Shown piece after piece: positions 38,951 through 54,057 of a stretch of 64,000 bases of DNA. Every line of letters starts with the position of its first letter. The first letter of the stretch is position 1. The position numbers and the translations under genes were made by a program. The stretch is from assembly GCA_951406725.2 (NCBI GenBank), contig OX597836.1, forward strand, positions 27,590,001 to 27,654,000, given 5' to 3'. The stretch comes from Octopus vulgaris (lineage: Eukaryota). The notes beneath the pieces were generated by a model. That model saw only the letters and a program-made list of their open reading frames with translations, made no database searches and had not been told where the DNA came from.

Positions 38951-39550
38951 TACAAATGGGACAAGAACCGGATCATCCTCGCAATTTCGGCTGATTAATC
39001 TTGAGATTGCTCCAATCTGGCCAACCCCAAGGAAAAACTAAGCTAAGAGCATTAGATTCCTTAGAGAAAGACATCATATGTATACGAAACAAGGACGGGA
39101 AAACGGACGATGTTGCACGAATATAAATACAAAAATAATACAAAAACAATAATAATAATAACAGGCGTCTTTCGACTGAAGTCGAATTGAATTCAGCTGG
39201 CGTTTTGGGAATGAAGCAGAGGAAGAATATCGATGTGACAGTGGCCGTGGTCAAACGCAAAAGGGCTAGCAGTCGGCCAACGGTCACGAGAGAAGAGACA
39301 AAAAAAGAGGAACAAAGGAATTAAGGAGGGGGAGAAGAGAGCGAGAGAGAGTGTGTAGATTAGAGAATCAAGGAGTGGCGAGAAAAAAAGAGGGAGACAG
39401 GGACATAGTGAAGTGCAAAGTAAGAAAGACAAAGAAATGTGAGAGAAGTGGGAAGAGAGAGTGTTGAAGATGTCGTACAAAGTTTAGTGAAGTGTGTACT
39501 TGCATATAAGAGAACAAATTGTACGTACGCCGGTTCTTGTCCCATTTGTA
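38951..39550. mobile_element. Family E insertion with a 21-bp terminal inversion
   Basis: TACAAATGGGACAAGAACCGG (38951-38971) is the inverse of 39530-39550. Confidence 0.6.
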
Positions 39551-39559
39551 TTTTTTTAC

Positions 39560-39916
39560 GCCTTTAGTCGAGCAAATCGACCCCAGGAGTTATTCTTTGT
39601 AAGCTTAGTACTTATTCTATCAGTCGCTTTTGCCGAACCGCTAGGTTACGGTGACGTAAACACACCAGCATCGGTTGTCAAGCGATGTTGGAGGGACAAA
39701 CATATACACACAAACATACACACACACACACACATACACACACATACACACACACACATGTACATATATACGACAGGCTTCTTTCACTTTCCGTCTACCA
39801 AATCCACTCTCAAGGCTTAGTAGAAGACACTTGCCAAAGGTGATATGCAGTGGGAGTGAACCTGATACCATGTGGTTGGTAAACAAGCTACTTACCACAC
39901 AGCCACTCCTATGCCT
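39560..39916 (-). mobile_element. SINE family B, nearly full length
   Basis: Both halves are present. Confidence 0.8.
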
Positions 39917-40111
39917 ATATATACATATATATTATATATATATGTATATATACATATACATATATATATATATATATACATATATATAGATGTATATGTA
40001 TATATACATTTATATGCATATGTATATATATATGTGTATGTATATACATATATATATCTATATATACAGTATACATATAGATATATACATATATCTATAT
40101 ATATATATGAT

Positions 40112-40142
<31 letters not shown>

Positions 40143-40748
40143 ATGTATGCACGTGTGTGTAAACACACACATACATATTTATATGTATATATATATAAAT
40201 ATACATAAGAACACATGTAGATTGAAAGATATTTCCTGCAGTAGCATAGCTCGTTAAACCGTAATAACATATGGTATAAATCTATTATAATTCTATATAA
40301 TAGACCACCCAAACATTGCATGTGATAAATATAGATTACCGTATATCCATCATTCATTCATACCGCCTACACTTTATGTGAATAGATAATATATGCAATA
40401 CATATAATAAAATCACACGAGTGGAAAAATATGAGTAATATGATATAGTCCACGATGATACTATATAATAGGGTGTAATATGATATTCTGTGTTATGTAA
40501 TATAAAAAGTGAATATACGAAGGTTCTAAAGATATTCAGATATTATGAGAAAAAATACAAGAAAAAGAACTTGCTATTAAATGAAGGCTGCATATTGTTT
40601 AATGTAGCACATGTGGATATATATATATCAGGAACAGAATCTGTAAGGAGAAAAGTCTTTATCAGTCTCTCTTTCTCTCGCTCTGTATATACATACGTAT
40701 ATACATACATACATACATACATACATACATACATACACAAACACACAC

Positions 40749-40819
<71 letters not shown>

Positions 40820-41118
40820 TATGTATTCATATATATTTGTACATATGTATTCATATATATTTATATAATATGTACATATGTATTCATATATATTATATAT
40901 ATGTGTGTGTGTGTATGCATGTGTATATAAGCTTATTTAAACTCACATATGTATACACACGCGCGTGTACACAAGGATATTTGATAAAACTATTATTAGA
41001 AATTATAGTTCTAATGAAAATGATAAAACAAGTATATATGTATATATATATAAGTATAGATAGATATAAATATATTATATAAATTATGTCAATGCCACAC
41101 ACACACACAACCATATAT

Positions 41119-41179
<61 letters not shown>

Positions 41180-43340
41180 AACATATATATAGATAAGTAA
41201 GGACTTGTAGTTACGTTAATAAAACATGAAGATATTGAAAAAAAATGAATGTAATTAAAAAAATTATTGGCGAATAAGATGGTGGCAGAGATATCCTATA
41301 ACAGGATTTATAAGACGGTACTTTAAAAAGATTATCTAAAATGCTTATATTCGATTTATATATTTGTAGTCATCCATCCATTCATCCAGCTATGCATGCA
41401 CGTGGCACATACATACATACATACATACATACATACATACATACATACATACATACATACATACATAACGTGTTTTATAGAAAGTCACTTGTGTGAATAT
41501 TATCGAGTCGTGTGTATTAGGGGAGAAGATTAGAAGGGGAAATAGAGAAAGCGGAATAGGGGTATTTGGGTGTTCTCTGTACTGGTGATTTTAAGCTGTT
41601 TTGTTTTACCATATTTTCCAGCGTAGAAGTCGAATTTTTCAGACAAAAATTTACAGCCAAAAAAAGAAGGTCCATTTATATACCACAATAACTTTGGAAG
41701 ACCGAACACTCCATGTGAGATACACCAGGAATTGGAAAGATAGTGATGACGTTTGAATGTTTACGCTACATGTTTACACTACATGTATTAAGTTGATTTG
41801 TTTGCCGGATGAAAAAAAAGCAGCCTGTATTTGTCAACAAAGATGTCTACATGGTCGCTAGATCTGTTAGAAATATCAGCTAACTCTATTTTAAATTGTA
41901 TCCTTCTGTCTTATATATGAACTTACCATATTTTCCAGCGTACAAGTCGAATTTTTCAGACAAAATGTTTACAGCCAAAAAAAGATGGATCGTTTTATAC
42001 ACCAAAATAACTTTGGATGACTTGTAAATACCATGTGGAATGTATTTGGCAAGACAGTGATGTTTGGGTGTCCAAGGTGCCACGCAGTTAGACTGAACCT
42101 GAAACCATGTGGTTCTTACCACACAGCCGCGCTTGTTTAAAATTTTAAAAGACTTTGTATATCGGCAAGGAGGGGAAATATTTCTTTCGCTCTATTCAGT
42201 ATATTTGCCGACAAAGGCAATATTTTCAACCACTCTGGAAATCAAAGATTACATCTGCTCCCTCGTGCGCTATATCGATCGGTTTTAGAAACAATGTTCT
42301 CGTTCGTGAGAGGATTTGTCATTCCTCAGTGATTTAGGCCCCAAACTGATTTAAATTGTGACGTCACGTTACCTTTACTTCAATCTCTGAATAAATATTC
42401 TGTGAATCTTTCCTTAAAGGAGTTTCACCATGAAACAGGGATTTATGGCGTTGTTTATATCGAGAGTGCTTTACACATGGATCATAGTTAAAGCATTTGT
42501 TGCTTAAAAGACACTTCAGGAGATTTGAGGCGACATTATCGTTGCATGAGTGCGACTGCGTGTGTGTTTGTGTGCGTGGTAGGGTTGCTTATTATTATTA
42601 TTATGATTTTATTTATTTTATTCGTGTGAGTAACTGGAGATTTCTAAACTGATGTTCATGAAGGAGCTATAACTTATTTTAACATTATTACTATTGAATA
42701 TTTCAAGATATCTATGTATTTTCCAAGAGTTAAGACAAACCATAAGGAAAACAAACAATAACGTAACTTGCAAATGATTACCTGCCTTTACATATCTTTC
42801 CCGAGTTAATACTTCATAATTGTTAACATCTCGCCTTAATCGTAATCGAACAAAATCTCGAGCTACAATTTCCTCAATTAAATTATGGCGCTGTTATCTA
42901 TTACTCAAAACTAATAGAAAAAAACTCCGAATTTATTCACATGAGACCAATGGTATCGGACTACTGATGCCTGCTAAAACCGCACGAACACATACACACA
43001 TATCTACATTCAAATGTATAACATTATAATGAAAACATGATTTAATATATATATATATATATATCACTCGCACACACAGATTTACAAGGACACAGACACA
43101 GACTGACACACGCACACATGTGTGTAAGTTTGTGTGTATCTCTGTGTGTGTATACATATTATTGGCGACTGCAATCTTTCGCCGAAAGCTGGTTTCGTAA
43201 TCAACAGGAATTGTAAACCTGCTTAACATAAAATATGTTTTATATTGCATTTTATTAGATTTAACAGACCCACACATACGTATGTACGTGTGTGTGTATG
43301 CATGTATGTGTGCATGCATGTATGTATGTATGTATGTATG

Positions 43341-43371
<31 letters not shown>

Positions 43372-43997
43372 TATTTGTATGTATGTATGTATATATGTGC
43401 GTGTATGTAATGTATGTATGTATATATGCCTATATAAATGTATATAATTGTGCATGTATGTATGTATAAATGTATGTATGTATAAATATATGTATGTATG
43501 TATGTAATGTACGTAATGTATGTATGAATGTATGTATACATGCATGTATATCTGTATGTATGTAAAGTATGTATGCTTGTATATATGTAATGTATGCAAT
43601 GTATGTAGGTATGTATACATGTATAAATGTATATATGTGGGCATATATGTATGCATGCATGTATGTGTAAATGTACGTATGTAATGTACGAAATTTATGT
43701 ATGTATGTACGAATACATGCATGTATGCATGTATACGTGCATCTACCTAAGTATGCTGCATGTACGAATGCATATATGTCGCATGCGTGTACGCATATAT
43801 GTATGTACGTATTCGTATGGGTGCATGTATATGCGTGTCATTGAGCACTTCGTTATCTAACTAGAGAGTATTTGTTAATTTTTCCCTTCTAAACAACCAA
43901 CCCAAAGATATAATTCACAATTATCACTTTTAGAAATATCATCGGCGATGGAACAAAGAAACTATCTATGGTTTCTTCTACAACATCTAAATGCAGA

Positions 43998-44055
<58 letters not shown>

Positions 44056-44066
44056 GCATATATATG

Positions 44067-44104
<38 letters not shown>

Positions 44105-44144
44105 AATGTATATATATATATATAAATGTATATATATATAAGCA

Positions 44145-44237
<93 letters not shown>

Positions 44238-44378
44238 TACACACATATATATATACATATATATATATAAATAGATAGATCGATAGATGGATAGATAGAT
44301 AGATAATTAATATAGACAGCCGTGTGCAATGTGTTACTAAGAAGGAAAACTATATTTGTCATTAAATATGATTAAGAA

Positions 44379-44433
<55 letters not shown>

Positions 44434-44435
44434 TA

Positions 44436-44545
<110 letters not shown>

Positions 44546-44637
44546 TGTATGTATATGCGCACACACACAAACACATGCAGAGCGTGCAATGAGTAAATTG
44601 TCAAATTGTCACCATTTTATATTTTCAATTTCGCGCA

Positions 44638-44850
44638 GTCACCATCATGGTGTTTGGAGTGATCACTGGTGATGGCGACGTTACACCTCCATAAATCTTG
44701 CCACATGGCCGGCCTCACTCAACACGGAGGCCTACATCAAGTGCCTGGAGGAGGCAGTGCTTGCTCTAGGTCAAGAGGGTGGCTGCTCGAAAACCCTATG
44801 TCTGACAACAGGACTCTGCACTATGCCACACAAGCAGGAGAACCCAGTCG
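44638..44850 (+). mobile_element. Tc1/mariner transposase fragment (DDD/E domain), frameshifted
   Basis: VTIMVFGVITGDGDVTPP...LNTEAYIKCLEEAVL...VKRVAARKPYV*QQDSALCHTSRRTQS. Confidence 0.85.
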
Positions 44851-45213
44851 AATGAATCCAACTAGTGACTTATTTATCTGTAGCCTTGTTCTTATAATAT
44901 CGGTTTCTTTTGCCAAACCGCTACATTACGGGGAAGCAAACACAGCAGCACCAGTTATCAAGCGGTGGTGGGAGTCAAATACAGACACAAAGATACACAC
45001 ACACAAACACGTACACACACGCGCGCACACACACACACGCACGTATCTATATATAGGACGTGCTTCTTTTAGTTTCTGGCTACCAAATCCATTAACAAGG
45101 CTTTGGTCGGCTTGAGTCTAGTGTAGAAGACACGCACCCAAGGAACTACTCAACGGGGTTGAATCCGGAACAACGTGGTTGGGAAGCAAGGTTCTTACCA
45201 CACAACCCTGCCG

Positions 45214-45344
<131 letters not shown>

Positions 45345-45346
45345 GT

Positions 45347-45377
<31 letters not shown>

Positions 45378-45379
<2 letters not shown>

Positions 45380-45711
45380 GAGGCGCAATGGCCCAGTGGT
45401 CAGGGGAGCGGACTCGCGGTCGTAGGATCGCGGTTTCGATTCCCAGACCGGGCGTTGTGAGTATTTATTGAGCGAAAACACCTAAAGCTCTATGAGTCTC
45501 CGGCAGGGGGTGGGTGGTGATCCCAGTTGTACTCTTTCGCCACAACTTTCTCTCACTCTTCTGTTGGCCTGCTCGCTTAGCCAGCGGGATGGCGTCATTT
45601 GAAGGATAAAACAATGCGAAGCTCAAGAACACAACACACAGCCCGGTCCGAGAATAGAGCTCACAACCTCACGATCGTAAGCTCGACGCTTTAACCACTG
45701 AACCATGCGCC
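45378..45711. mobile_element. SINE family C (+, 45378-45622) joined tail-to-tail to a SINE D head (-, 45623-45711)
   Basis: The two tRNA heads point inward, with an abrupt junction at about 45622. Confidence 0.7.
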
Positions 45712-45714
45712 TTT

Positions 45715-45776
<62 letters not shown>

Positions 45777-45846
45777 CATATATCGTGAAGACCACTTGCA
45801 TTTTTTTCCCTCTGTCCTCCCACCTCGGGATCTTTCTTTCTCCTAT

Positions 45847-45881
45847 GTTTCCGACGAAGAGCTCCGCTCGAAACGTCATAC
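45847..45881 (+). ncRNA. Minimal hammerhead motif (U4C variant) within a Penelope-like terminal fragment (about 45785-45980)
   Basis: GUUU-CCGACGA-A-GAGC-UCC-GCUC-GAAA-C-GUC-AUAC. The downstream tail is homologous to the inverse of 56447-56537. Confidence 0.6.
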
Positions 45882-45977
45882 TCTCCTTCTTCCCTTCTTT
45901 CCTGAGCGCCCAATAATACTTTATTTGTTCCACATCCTCGCGTTGTTGTCTTTTTGTTTTCTTGTTTGGATTAACTT

Positions 45978-46015
<38 letters not shown>

Positions 46016-48489
46016 AACATTATTAATGTCACATATTTAATCTGTGTGTATTGTTAAATGCTTTTAGGCTGCAATAGTTTATCCGGGGATGGTTCCCCTA
46101 AAGACGTAGAATGCTAAAAAGACTCAGAGAACTTCAAGGCCAGGCGAAATGAAGGACATCCTACCCCCCTCCCCAGCCCCGGAACTGAAAAAGAACGACA
46201 GGTATTTCTGTTAATTGCTGTCATACGTTCGATTCACCTTCGAAACGAATCCTAATCGCTGGCCGTGTCTCTGAGTGAATGCTGATCGAAAGCTTACACA
46301 TCTATCCATATGCTTCTGTTCCTGTCTAACCATATAATCATCTTCGCTCGCCCACACATCCGCAGAATCCGCCCTCCCACCCATCCACGTATCAGCCCAG
46401 TCACTAATCTTATTAAATGGAACTGGTCTTCATCAACAGATTAATAGCATTAATTCCTCGCTTTTCATTTTCTTACGCTTAATATGACTCGCTTAATGCA
46501 ATTCTTGACGATATCAACATGTCTACTCGCATTTTCTCGTTTTATCTCGTATTTTCCTGTTGCATTTCGCCCATAATGTTTTGTTTTTCTGTTGTTTTTT
46601 TATAATTCTGTTCGTTTATTTATTCCAGAATTTCTCAATTGTTGTCCATCCAAACATAAACAAGATTCAAAAGAACAAGGTAAAGAGATGTAACCAAATG
46701 CAGTGATGTATCTTCTCGAAGGTCCTAACACTTTACCCGTACTAGAAAGCCTATTCACGGTGACCCGTTTTGCAAGAAATAGTAGTCATATCTCTGCCAC
46801 CCAAGGCTACCAGAACTATGTGGTTGACCACCTTCGGTCATGAATGACCATGGGATTGCACTTAGAAAGTTACCCTCCGAGGCACAAGTCAAGGCAAGGA
46901 TGTTTATGGAAGACCAGGAGTCACCCCTGCATACCAGCCTCCCCTCTCCATGCCACCGATGTTATCCAAGGGAAAGTCTTTAAAATATTTGCATATGTAG
47001 GATAAACTAATAGTCGAAATATTATACGGAAAAAGAGAGAATGGTCAAGATTTGAAAGCCGAATCAACGATACTCTTTTGACACACAGAAATGTATTTAC
47101 CCAGACGTGCGAACGCCGTTAGAAGACGATAGAAATTAGGAAACTGGCTTGAAATGGACTCTAGAACACCTACACATAAAACTGTTTTGCTCTGCTTTAC
47201 ATGTAATTACTAATTATGTAACGGCTTTCATTAGGTTTTGCATATCCATGTTGACCCTACTCAGGTTTTAATTCCATCGGCGTTTACAGCTTGCTAGTAC
47301 AACTTGATGTTGATTCAAGGTTAGATATGAACGCCCATATCCTTCGCTGCTACCATTCTGTTCTTCCACCCTATATATTTCAGTATGAACCCGTGGAAAG
47401 ATGTGAGGCACATCAGCTGGTTCTGTCACCTTGTCTTCGACTTCAAAGGACCAGGAATATAAGCCCACCTACTCTTCGAGAGTGAAACCACAATATTCCA
47501 TGCATTCACCAAGCTTGCTTTCACCTGCACATCTAAGGTACATTGCAAATTCCTCAGCTTTTTATTTTGGCAGAGATATATCATTTAACTCTTTAACCTT
47601 TCTATGAAATCATCAGGTAAGAAGACGAAACATTTCGTGGTATACCTTTCCCATATTCTTTGTGTCAGACTTTCCGAGAATTTCTTTTTTTTTACTTTTC
47701 TTATAGAAAACATTAACGAAACGAAAGTTGTGCTGTCTTTGATGTAGTCTTTGCCTTTGGTTGTCGCTTGTAAAACACAAAATTTTTTTCCCACATGATA
47801 CAAATTTCCATATTTACTTCTAAAAGTATTAGCATTTTCTTTATTACTATTCGTCAAAATCATAATTTTATTTTCGAAATCTTGGAGAACATATACAGAA
47901 TCCTTAAAGGCACTGCACGCCAAACAAAGAAGCCGTATTGCAACGCATATAAGCGAATAATTACAAAATGTCTAATACGTAACCCCCCCCCCCCCAACAA
48001 TCCTTATTTTTTCTACCCAAAGACTAACAGCGTAGACGTTAAAATATTCTTCTGCTTAATAATCAAACTAAAAGAATTCTTCATCAAATGGACTTGACAG
48101 GGAACTAATTCTTCCGAGAGCTGTGTTGGTGATGTCACGTGGCCAAAAAATAACAAAGGCTGGCTCTTTGGATTACAAGTATAACTCGTATTTGAATGGA
48201 CTCTCCAGGAATCGAAGTCACGACCTTATGACGGTGAGCCGAATGCTCTAACCACTAAGCCACGCTCCTTCGCCCAATGAAAAACAGAAATGTGGCAGTA
48301 ATATGTTACAAAAGAAGGCTCCTCTTTCCTTGAAAATTTTATCCATTAACAGACGTAAGAAAGCAAGCCGAATTTTATTGATGACACCAATAAAAATAGT
48401 AATAATAATAATCAGAAATATTAAATTTCTAAATATCTCATAGAGATATGTACGGTGGTGAAGCGATAGAGTGGTTGTATACTGTCAAC

Positions 48490-48693
48490 TTAACGTGACA
48501 GTCCCGTAAGGGAATTACAGCACCGCTGTTTAGCCCTAGGAAGCATCGACGCTTCCTGTCGGCCTTGACACATTTCCTGTGTCCTTATATATTTACGAGG
48601 ACACAGGAAATGTGTCAAGGCCGACAGGAAGCGTCGATGCTTCCTAGGGCTAAACAGCGGTGGTGTAATTCCCTTACAGGACTGTCACGTTAA
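48490..48693. repeat. Near-perfect inverted repeat with ~96-bp arms
   Basis: TTAACGTGACAGTCC...CCTGTGTCCT pairs with AGGACACAGG...GGACTGTCACGTTAA. Confidence 0.9.
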
Positions 48694-49181
48694 ATAATAA
48701 TAATCCTTTACCTTATATGCGCAAGGTCATATTCCATTACTGGAATATAAATCATGAAATTTAATGATTTATATTAATGATTTATATTAACTCTCAGGGA
48801 AAGAGTTAATATATTAACGAGAGTTAATATTGCGTTTCCATCGTTAAATAACTATCACACAACTACTCAGGAAATCATCAAGTGATGCTGGTTGGCATAC
48901 CTATAGCACTTGAATTTTGTGCGCTGCACAGTCGGCCTTATCATTTTTTTTCTCTTTCCAATCCTTCTGTTGATTACAACTCCGGGTAAATTATGGCACT
49001 GGTGTTATCAAGAATTGCATGTTTCTATGGATCACAAAGCGATTTGCGTCAGCTCGGCGCTTGTGTTTGTAATGAGTCAGAAGGATGACGAAGCACCAAC
49101 GAAAGGTTCCCCACTATCTCCCTTGCTCAAGTTCCATCAGCCTATCTGGTCCAGTACCAACGTATGGACAGGTGTGTGTGT

Positions 49182-49222
<41 letters not shown>

Positions 49223-49894
49223 TGTGTGTGTGTGGTACACCAATTCGGCTTGCTTTCTTACGTCTGTTAATGGATAAAATTTTCAAGGAAAGAGGAGCCT
49301 TCTTTTGTAACATACTACTGCCACATTTCTGTTTTTCATTGGGCGAAGGAGCGTGGCTTAGTGGTTAGAGCATTCGGCTCACCGTCATAAGGTCGTGACT
49401 TCGGTTCCTGGAGAGTCCATCATTCAAATACGAGTTATACTTGTAATCCAAAGAGCCAGCCTTGTCACATTTTATGTCAAGCTGAACATCCCCGAGAGCT
49501 TCGTTTAGGGCTCACGTGTTTATGGAGTGTTCAACCACATGCACATGAATTTTACGAGCAGGTTATTCCGTTGATTGGGTCAACTGGAATTCACGCCATT
49601 GTAACTGAAACGGTTCTAAAATATTTCTTTTGAAATATTAGCAAAAGCGAAGTTGTTTATAGGTTTGCTTAAGTTGTACAAAGCTGCATTTTCAGATCGT
49701 AAACTGTGACTGATTTTAAATGTATCTGTTTCATTGCCATTTTGTTTCTCATTTTTATGTATTAGAGAATTATTTTGTCTTTTAAGTGGACGTAGCTCTT
49801 CTCTTTGGTGTAGTGGCTCTTCCTGTTCCTTCACTACGAGAAGCTTTATTGAAATTACTGTACATGCAATAAAAAGAAAATTGCAAATAATATA

Positions 49895-50476
49895 TAGGCA
49901 CAGGGGTGACTGTGTTTAAATCTCGACCACAGAGGTTTGAGATCAGTCCTACTATACGGCACCCTGGGGCAAGTGTCTTCTACTTGGGCTGACCAAAACC
50001 TTGTGAGTGGACTCGATGGACGGAAATTGAAAGAAGCCTGCTGTGTATATATAAATATATTAGGAGCAGGAGTGTCTGTGTGGTAAGTAGCTTGCTCACC
50101 AACCACATGGTTCTGGGTTCAGTCCCACTGCGTGGCACCAAATCTATCCCAGAACTTATTCTTTGTAAGCCTAGTTAGTACTTATTCTATCGGTCTCTTA
50201 TGCCGTACCGCATCGGTTGTCAAGCGATGGTGGGGGGACAAACACAGACATACAACAATACACACACACACACACACATACACACATATATATATATGTA
50301 TGTATATACATATATACGACGGGCTTCTTTCAGTTTCCGTCTACCACATCCACTCACAAGGCTTTGGTCGGCCTGAGGCTATAGTAGAAGATACTTGCCC
50401 AAGGTGCCACGCAGTGGACTGAATCCGGAATCATGTGACTGGTAAGCAAGCTGCCTACCACATAGCCACTCTTGCG

Positions 50477-50536
<60 letters not shown>

Positions 50537-51007
50537 CGTGTGTGTGTAGTAACAACCTTGTTTCCCAACCACATGGTTCCGGGTTCCGGGTTCCGTCTCA
50601 CAGCGTGGCACCTTGGGCAAATGTCTTTTACTATAGCCTTGAGCCGACCAAAATCCCTTGAGTGGATCCGGTTGTCGGAAACTGAAAGAAGCCTGTCTGA
50701 TACTCACACACACACTCTTCTACTAGACTTCAAAAAAAAAAACAAGTCTTAGGGTCAATTTGTTCCACTAAAACCTTATCAAAGCGGTGCTCCAGCGTGG
50801 TCGCGGTCAAAATGACTGAAACAAGTAAATGAATATGTATACGATGGGCTTCTTTCAGTTTCCGTCTACCAAATCCACTCACAAGGCTTTGGTCGGCCCA
50901 AGGCCACTAAATGATACACCACTAAAAGAGGTGCCATGCTGCGGAACTGAACCCAAGACCACGTGGCTATGAAGCGAGCTTCTCACCTCACAGTCACGCC
51001 TGCGCCT
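49895..51007. mobile_element. Cluster of five SINE family B copies/fragments in alternating orientation
   Basis: +49895-50040, +50062-50137, -50150-50480, +50545-50830, -50840-51007. Confidence 0.75.
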
Positions 51008-51683
51008 ACCTACATTTTATTTTTCCTCGTAACCCCTCCCTCTTTCTTAGTTTATATCTCTCACTTCACCCCTTTCCTTCTCGCTAATCATTTCCTCCCC
51101 CTCTCTTTATCCCTCTAATATTCACTCTCTCCCTTCCTCTTACAAGAACTTTGCTTTCTTTTTTACTCCTCTCACTCTTATTTGCAAACTTTATCTCATA
51201 CCCTCACCTCTCTCTCTCCCTCTCTCTCTCTCTCTCTCGCAGTGCCATTTACCTGTTGTACCACTTCTTCCTCTCTGTCTCTTACTTCTACTCCTAACAT
51301 ATCCCTCCTCCTCAACATCCTCTCTCTCACTCTTCCTTTCTCTACGCCACTCCTCTTCCTCCTACTCCTTTCACCTTGTATCACCTCCCACCCTTCCTCG
51401 TATCACTCAGCCATACATCCTTATCACACCCTCACTCCCCTCTCTCTCTCACTGCTTCTCTCTCCTTCACCCTATCTTTATCTTACTCTCTCTCTCTTTT
51501 CCTCTCACCTCAACTCATGCTCTTCTCTGTATTCTCTGTCTTTCTCTTTCCTCTCATCCACATTCTCTCTCACTCTCACCTATCCATCATTACATGCATA
51601 CATACATACATACATACATACATATACGTGTGTGTGTATACACATATATATATGCATATATATATATATACATATATATATAC

Positions 51684-51733
<50 letters not shown>

Positions 51734-51767
51734 GTATATATATATATATATACGTATATATATATAC

Positions 51768-51817
<50 letters not shown>

Positions 51818-52455
51818 ACATAAGGGACTAAAGCCATCTGAATATGGCTAGGGACAGGGCAGGGTGTTGGGGGTGTTACTGTTGCATTTAGCCCCAGGCG
51901 AACATCAACGTCGCCAGATAGGCTTGACACCATCACGGCGTCCTTTATCCTGCAAAGGGAGATACGCATATATATATATACGTATATATATATATGCATA
52001 TATATATACGTATATACACACACACACACAAACACGCATATGTATATAGATATACATAAATGTATGTACGTCTGCAGACATACCTTAACATGCGTCGTTC
52101 AGAATTCTTTTACGACGTTTTTTGACTCAAGGAATTAACCTTAAGGAATTAAAGCATAAAAATTGCGTGGGGTTGGGGAAGACACCTAAAATACATTTAA
52201 AATAGGAACTCAAATGAAATACATGTGAAAATATGTTCAAACCATTTATTAAAACAGATACATTCTCAAAAAGTTTTTTTTTTAAGTCGCATGTCTTGTT
52301 ACTAATTACCGACGTAAGTTGAGGTATACCTGTACATACATATATGCATCTCTCTCTCCCTCTCTCTCTCTATCTATCTATTTGTCTATCTATCTACCTA
52401 TCTCTGTCTCACTATCTATTTATTTACCTATCTATCTACCTACCTACCTACCTAC

Positions 52456-52510
<55 letters not shown>

Positions 52511-52538
52511 CCTGTCTGTCTGTCTATTTGTCTCTCTG

Positions 52539-52583
<45 letters not shown>

Positions 52584-52592
52584 ATATATATA

Positions 52593-52655
<63 letters not shown>

Positions 52656-52737
52656 GTCTGTCTACCTGTCTGTCTGTCTACCTGTCTGTCTGTCTACCTG
52701 TCTGTCTACCTGTCTGTCTGTCTATCTGTCTCTCTGT

Positions 52738-52830
<93 letters not shown>

Positions 52831-53400
52831 TGTCTGTCTATCTATCTATCTGGCTGTCTGTCTGCCTATCTAACTAGCTAGCTATCTACCTGTCTGTCTA
52901 TCTGTCTCTCTGTTTCTCTATCTATCTGTCTATCTATCTGTCTATCTATCTATCTGTCTGTCTGTCTGTCTGTCACTTTTCTTATTCCTACTTTACCTTA
53001 CCCATCACCGATCTTCACAAACACACGAACACCCACCCACCCACCCACACAAACCCAAACCCCTCTCTCTCTCTCTCTCTCTCTCACCGTAACTGAAACT
53101 TCCATCTAACTTCCCCTTCCACCCTTCCCTTACTCCTTTCTCTCTCTGTCTCCCTCTCCTCTCTCTCTTTCTCTAACTCCTTTCCAAATCTTTTTCTCTT
53201 TACCTCTTCTCCCTCTTTCCCCTCCTCTCTCTCTCTCTCTCTCTCTCCTCAGTTCACCTCACGCTTACTCTCCCTCTTTCATTTCAGCCTTTCGCTCTCG
53301 TTATCTCTCTTCCCCCCTTCATTATAACTTAAATCCGTTGCACACTTGCCCTTCCTCCTCCTCCCCCTCCTCCTCCTCCTCTCTCTCTCCCTCCTATTCT

Positions 53401-53431
<31 letters not shown>

Positions 53432-53958
53432 TCTTCCCGTCATTATTCCAGCAGAGCGATGTCTCCAGTTCTCCAGACTGTCGCAGCTGTCTCATCCACG
53501 ACAACAACGACACCACCACCACCAACAGCACCACCACCAACAGCAGCAACAGCAGCAGCAGCAGTAGCAGTAGCAGCAGCAATAGCAGCAGCAACTGCAG
53601 CAGCAGCAGCAGTGCTCAGAATCAGTGCAACTATATCTTCTATAGTTACTACTGAAGGAACAATAACTACAACCACAACCACAACAACAACAAGAAGCAA
53701 CAGTTTTAAGAACTGCAACACAAACAACAACACCGACAACTCCAAGAACAACATCAACAACAACATTTTTTAGTAATAGTTACTAACACAATATAGAAAA
53801 GATTAGCGCTTCTGGGTTACAACAACTGCTGTATTATTATAAACAGGGACATCTTCCATATAAACCAGCAACGACAACAACAACAAGCGCAACAACAACA
53901 ACAACAACAACAACAAGCGCAACAACAACAACAACAACAACAGCAGCAATTAGCAGCA

Positions 53959-54006
53959 ATGACGACGGCTCTGTCAACGAAGACTCCAGCATCGTCGACG
54001 TCGTCG

Positions 54007-54057
<51 letters not shown>

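Noticed and set aside
42358-42367. CRE-like palindrome GTGACGTCAC
   Set aside because: A single short motif without supporting context.
46068-46201. Possible exon (TTTTAG...GACAG/GTATTT) encoding MKDILPPSPAPELKKND; similar candidates at about 19067-19121, 34764-34811 and minus-strand 8372
   Set aside because: Splice-like signals only, with no recognisable protein similarity. RNA-seq is needed.
47260-47990. Coding-looking minus-strand ORFs (112 aa and 66 aa)
   Set aside because: No motif recognised; probably a decayed TE but unassignable by eye.
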